Assembly: GCA_964615565.1 (NCBI GenBank)
Contig: CAZTPC010000006.1
Location: 1-55,322 of the forward strand
Reading direction: 5' to 3'
Source: an uncultured Candidatus Saccharibacteria bacterium
GTDB taxonomy: Bacteria > Patescibacteriota > Saccharimonadia > Saccharimonadales > AWTP1-31
DNA length: 55,322 nucleotides
Shown: piece by piece, positions 53,765 to 55,322 of the stretch
How positions within the stretch are numbered: position 1 is the stretch's first letter
Layout: each line of letters begins with the position of its first letter
Position numbers and translations under genes: made by a program
The notes under the pieces: generated by a model
The model's input: only the letters and a program-made list of their open reading frames with translations
Database searches by the model: none
Told to the model about the DNA's origin: nothing

Positions 53765-54232
53765 TTACGCAAGATCGAGCTTGAACAGGTTTGTATCGTG
53801 GACTTGGAAACCGCGTGAATAGTACAAACCATGAGCTGGCAGACGGGCGTCACTAGACGTCAAACTAACACTAGTTACATCTCGATCACGAAACCAGTCA
53901 ATGCAAAAGTCTAAAACTGCGCCGGCATAGCCTTGTCGAAAACTATCCGGATGCGTAGCGACATCGTCGATAGTGCCACGACGTTTATCACGACCAGGAT
54001 TAATGTTCACAACGATGACACTGGCGATATATCCCAGAGGGTTGCGCGCCACCGCCAAGCCAGAAGTGGGATCAGCAACAATTTCGGGAGTATGAGAACG
54101 AAGCAACTCAGGATCAGAACCCGGGAATCCAAGAGTCCAAACTTCTACCAGTCTGTCCATGTCCGCGGTGTTGAGCATGCCTAAAATCTCAACGTTATGC
54201 TCAATGCGAGGCTTTTCTATTACATCAGCCAT
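53765..54232 (-). CDS. GNAT family N-acetyltransferase
   Basis: 'RRGTIDDVATHPDSFRQGYAGAVL' (Q/RxxGxG/A acetyl-CoA loop) and 'YYSRGF'. TGcTATAGT (54241-54249) lies 8 nt upstream of the ATG. Confidence 0.75.
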   Translation of the reverse strand: MADVIEKPRIEHNVEILGMLNTADMDRLVEVWTLGFPGSDPELLRSHTPEIVADPTSGLAVARNPLGYIASVIVVNINPGRDKRRGTIDDVATHPDSFRQGYAGAVLDFCIDWFRDRDVTSVSLTSSDARLPAHGLYYSRGFQVHDTNLFKLDLA

Positions 54233-54272
54233 AAAGCAATACTATAGCATTTTTCAGTGTATTTTTCTATAC

Positions 54273-55322
54273 CTAGGCAGCTAGGAACTCTTCGATAGTC
54301 GACCTGGTTACAGCATTGTCGACATGCTCTACACGCATCACTCCCGGCTCAATTGGCAGCACAAATCGCGTAGTTGCACCGTCGGTGTTCTTTTTGTCGG
54401 CAGCAACATGATCAACGATATCTTCAATACGAGCAACACCGTCGTAGCGGATCGGTAAACCAAATGCGTCGAGCAGAACACGTTGTTGTTCGACCACAGC
54501 TGGCTCTGCGTGACCTAGCGTGACGGCCAGCTGCGCAACGTAGTCCATACCAATTGCAACTGCTTCACCATGGAGAAGCTCCGTGTAGCCACCTGCCGCT
54601 TCTAGGCCATGCGCCAAGGTGTGCCCAAGGTTAAGTAGGATTCGTCCATCTGGTTCTTTCTCGAATGGATCTTTCTCGATAACATCACACTTTTGTTGTA
54701 CGCAGCGGGCAATAATCTTGCCAAGTAGATCAATCTTTTCTTTTGAGAATTGCCGAATATCACTAGCTGCTTCTGCAAGAATTGGGTAGAACTCGGCATC
54801 GAGCATCGCGTACTTTACAATCTCACCAAAACCCTCGATATAAACTCGGGGGTCTAGCGTTTCTAAGACAGATGGATCAGCAACGACTAGTTCGGGTTGA
54901 TAGAATGCTCCTGTTTTATTCTTCCCACCAAGGTCGATCCCAGTCTTGCCACCGATCGATGAGTCAACCATTGCAAGTAATGTAGTCGGAACATGCACTA
55001 GTGGTACTCTTCGGTTATAGGATGCAGCGACATAACCCACTAAATCCCCTATTACACCACCGCCCATTGCAATGATTGTGTCGTTTCGGTTCGCTTTTTG
55101 TCTGGAGAGCTCTAGGATAAAGTTCTGCCACTCGGTAACCGTCTTGTGCTCTTCGCCTGGTTCCATAGACATAATAGAAGCATTAACTCCAGCCTCACCT
55201 AAGGCGCTCATAACTCTTTCGCCGTACAAGCGTTCTACATTTGTATCAGTAACGACAAAGACCCTATTTTCTCCAAGGCCTTCCTGATGGGCGTGACCAC
55301 GGACTCCAAGGCAGCGACCTTC
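54273..55322 (-). CDS. aroB: 3-dehydroquinate synthase, 5' end beyond the window
   Basis: 'GGGVIGDLVGYVAA', 'VPTTLLAMVDSSIGGKTG', 'LNLGHTLAH' and 'LHGEAVAIG'. The frame stays open to nt 55322 ('...RVFVVTDTNVERLYGE'). Confidence 0.92.
   Translation of the reverse strand, partial: EGRCLGVRGHAHQEGLGENRVFVVTDTNVERLYGERVMSALGEAGVNASIMSMEPGEEHKTVTEWQNFILELSRQKANRNDTIIAMGGGVIGDLVGYVAASYNRRVPLVHVPTTLLAMVDSSIGGKTGIDLGGKNKTGAFYQPELVVADPSVLETLDPRVYIEGFGEIVKYAMLDAEFYPILAEAASDIRQFSKEKIDLLGKIIARCVQQKCDVIEKDPFEKEPDGRILLNLGHTLAHGLEAAGGYTELLHGEAVAIGMDYVAQLAVTLGHAEPAVVEQQRVLLDAFGLPIRYDGVARIEDIVDHVAADKKNTDGATTRFVLPIEPGVMRVEHVDNAVTRSTIEEFLAA

Noticed and set aside
1-55322. CRISPR arrays, rRNA genes, transposases/IS elements, prophage genes and alternative genetic code (UGA recoding)
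   Set aside because: I saw no regularly spaced repeat arrays and no rRNA-like or transposase/integrase-like sequences. Conserved genes (recA, rny, pilB, ruvB, aroB) are uninterrupted in the standard code.

Overview
Dense, almost entirely coding chromosomal segment read in the standard code: long ORFs are intact, so there is no sign of UGA recoding. I support about 65 protein genes and two tRNAs (tRNA-Pro-TGG, tRNA-Lys-TTT). I saw no rRNA, CRISPR array, transposase or integrase. The recognisable core is DNA recombination and repair (recA-recX, ruvC-ruvA, ruvB, yebC), RNase Y, tsaB/tsaE, aroB (cut by the window edge) and a P1B-type metal ATPase. There is a large type IV pilus locus (pilB, pilC, two pilins, three minor-pilin-like genes, pilM/N/O), with comEC about 6 kb away. 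A sortase sits next to a large surface protein that carries a sorting signal. About a dozen genes are lineage-specific orphans. A sortase-type (monoderm-like) envelope, type IV pili, ComEC, a miniature TsaB and many orphans together are what I would expect from a reduced-genome Saccharibacteria/CPR-like bacterium; this is inference, not a database result. Most notable points: (1) a compact module at 45.2-49.6 kb with an S51 peptidase, a GGCT-like protein, two tandem ATP-grasp ligases and a micro-ORF, driven by a perfect consensus promoter followed by a terminator-like leader; (2) a strikingly regular leaderless architecture, with about 25 genes having a TATAAT-like box 6-10 nt upstream of the start codon and no Shine-Dalgarno; this also let me correct many start codons in the ORF track; (3) tandem paralogous double-anchored membrane proteins divergent from pilB; (4) a protein built from 38-aa tandem repeats with identical 45-nt DNA copies; (5) a small acidic ORF wedged between recA and recX. 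All functional calls rest on motifs read by eye. No searches were run.
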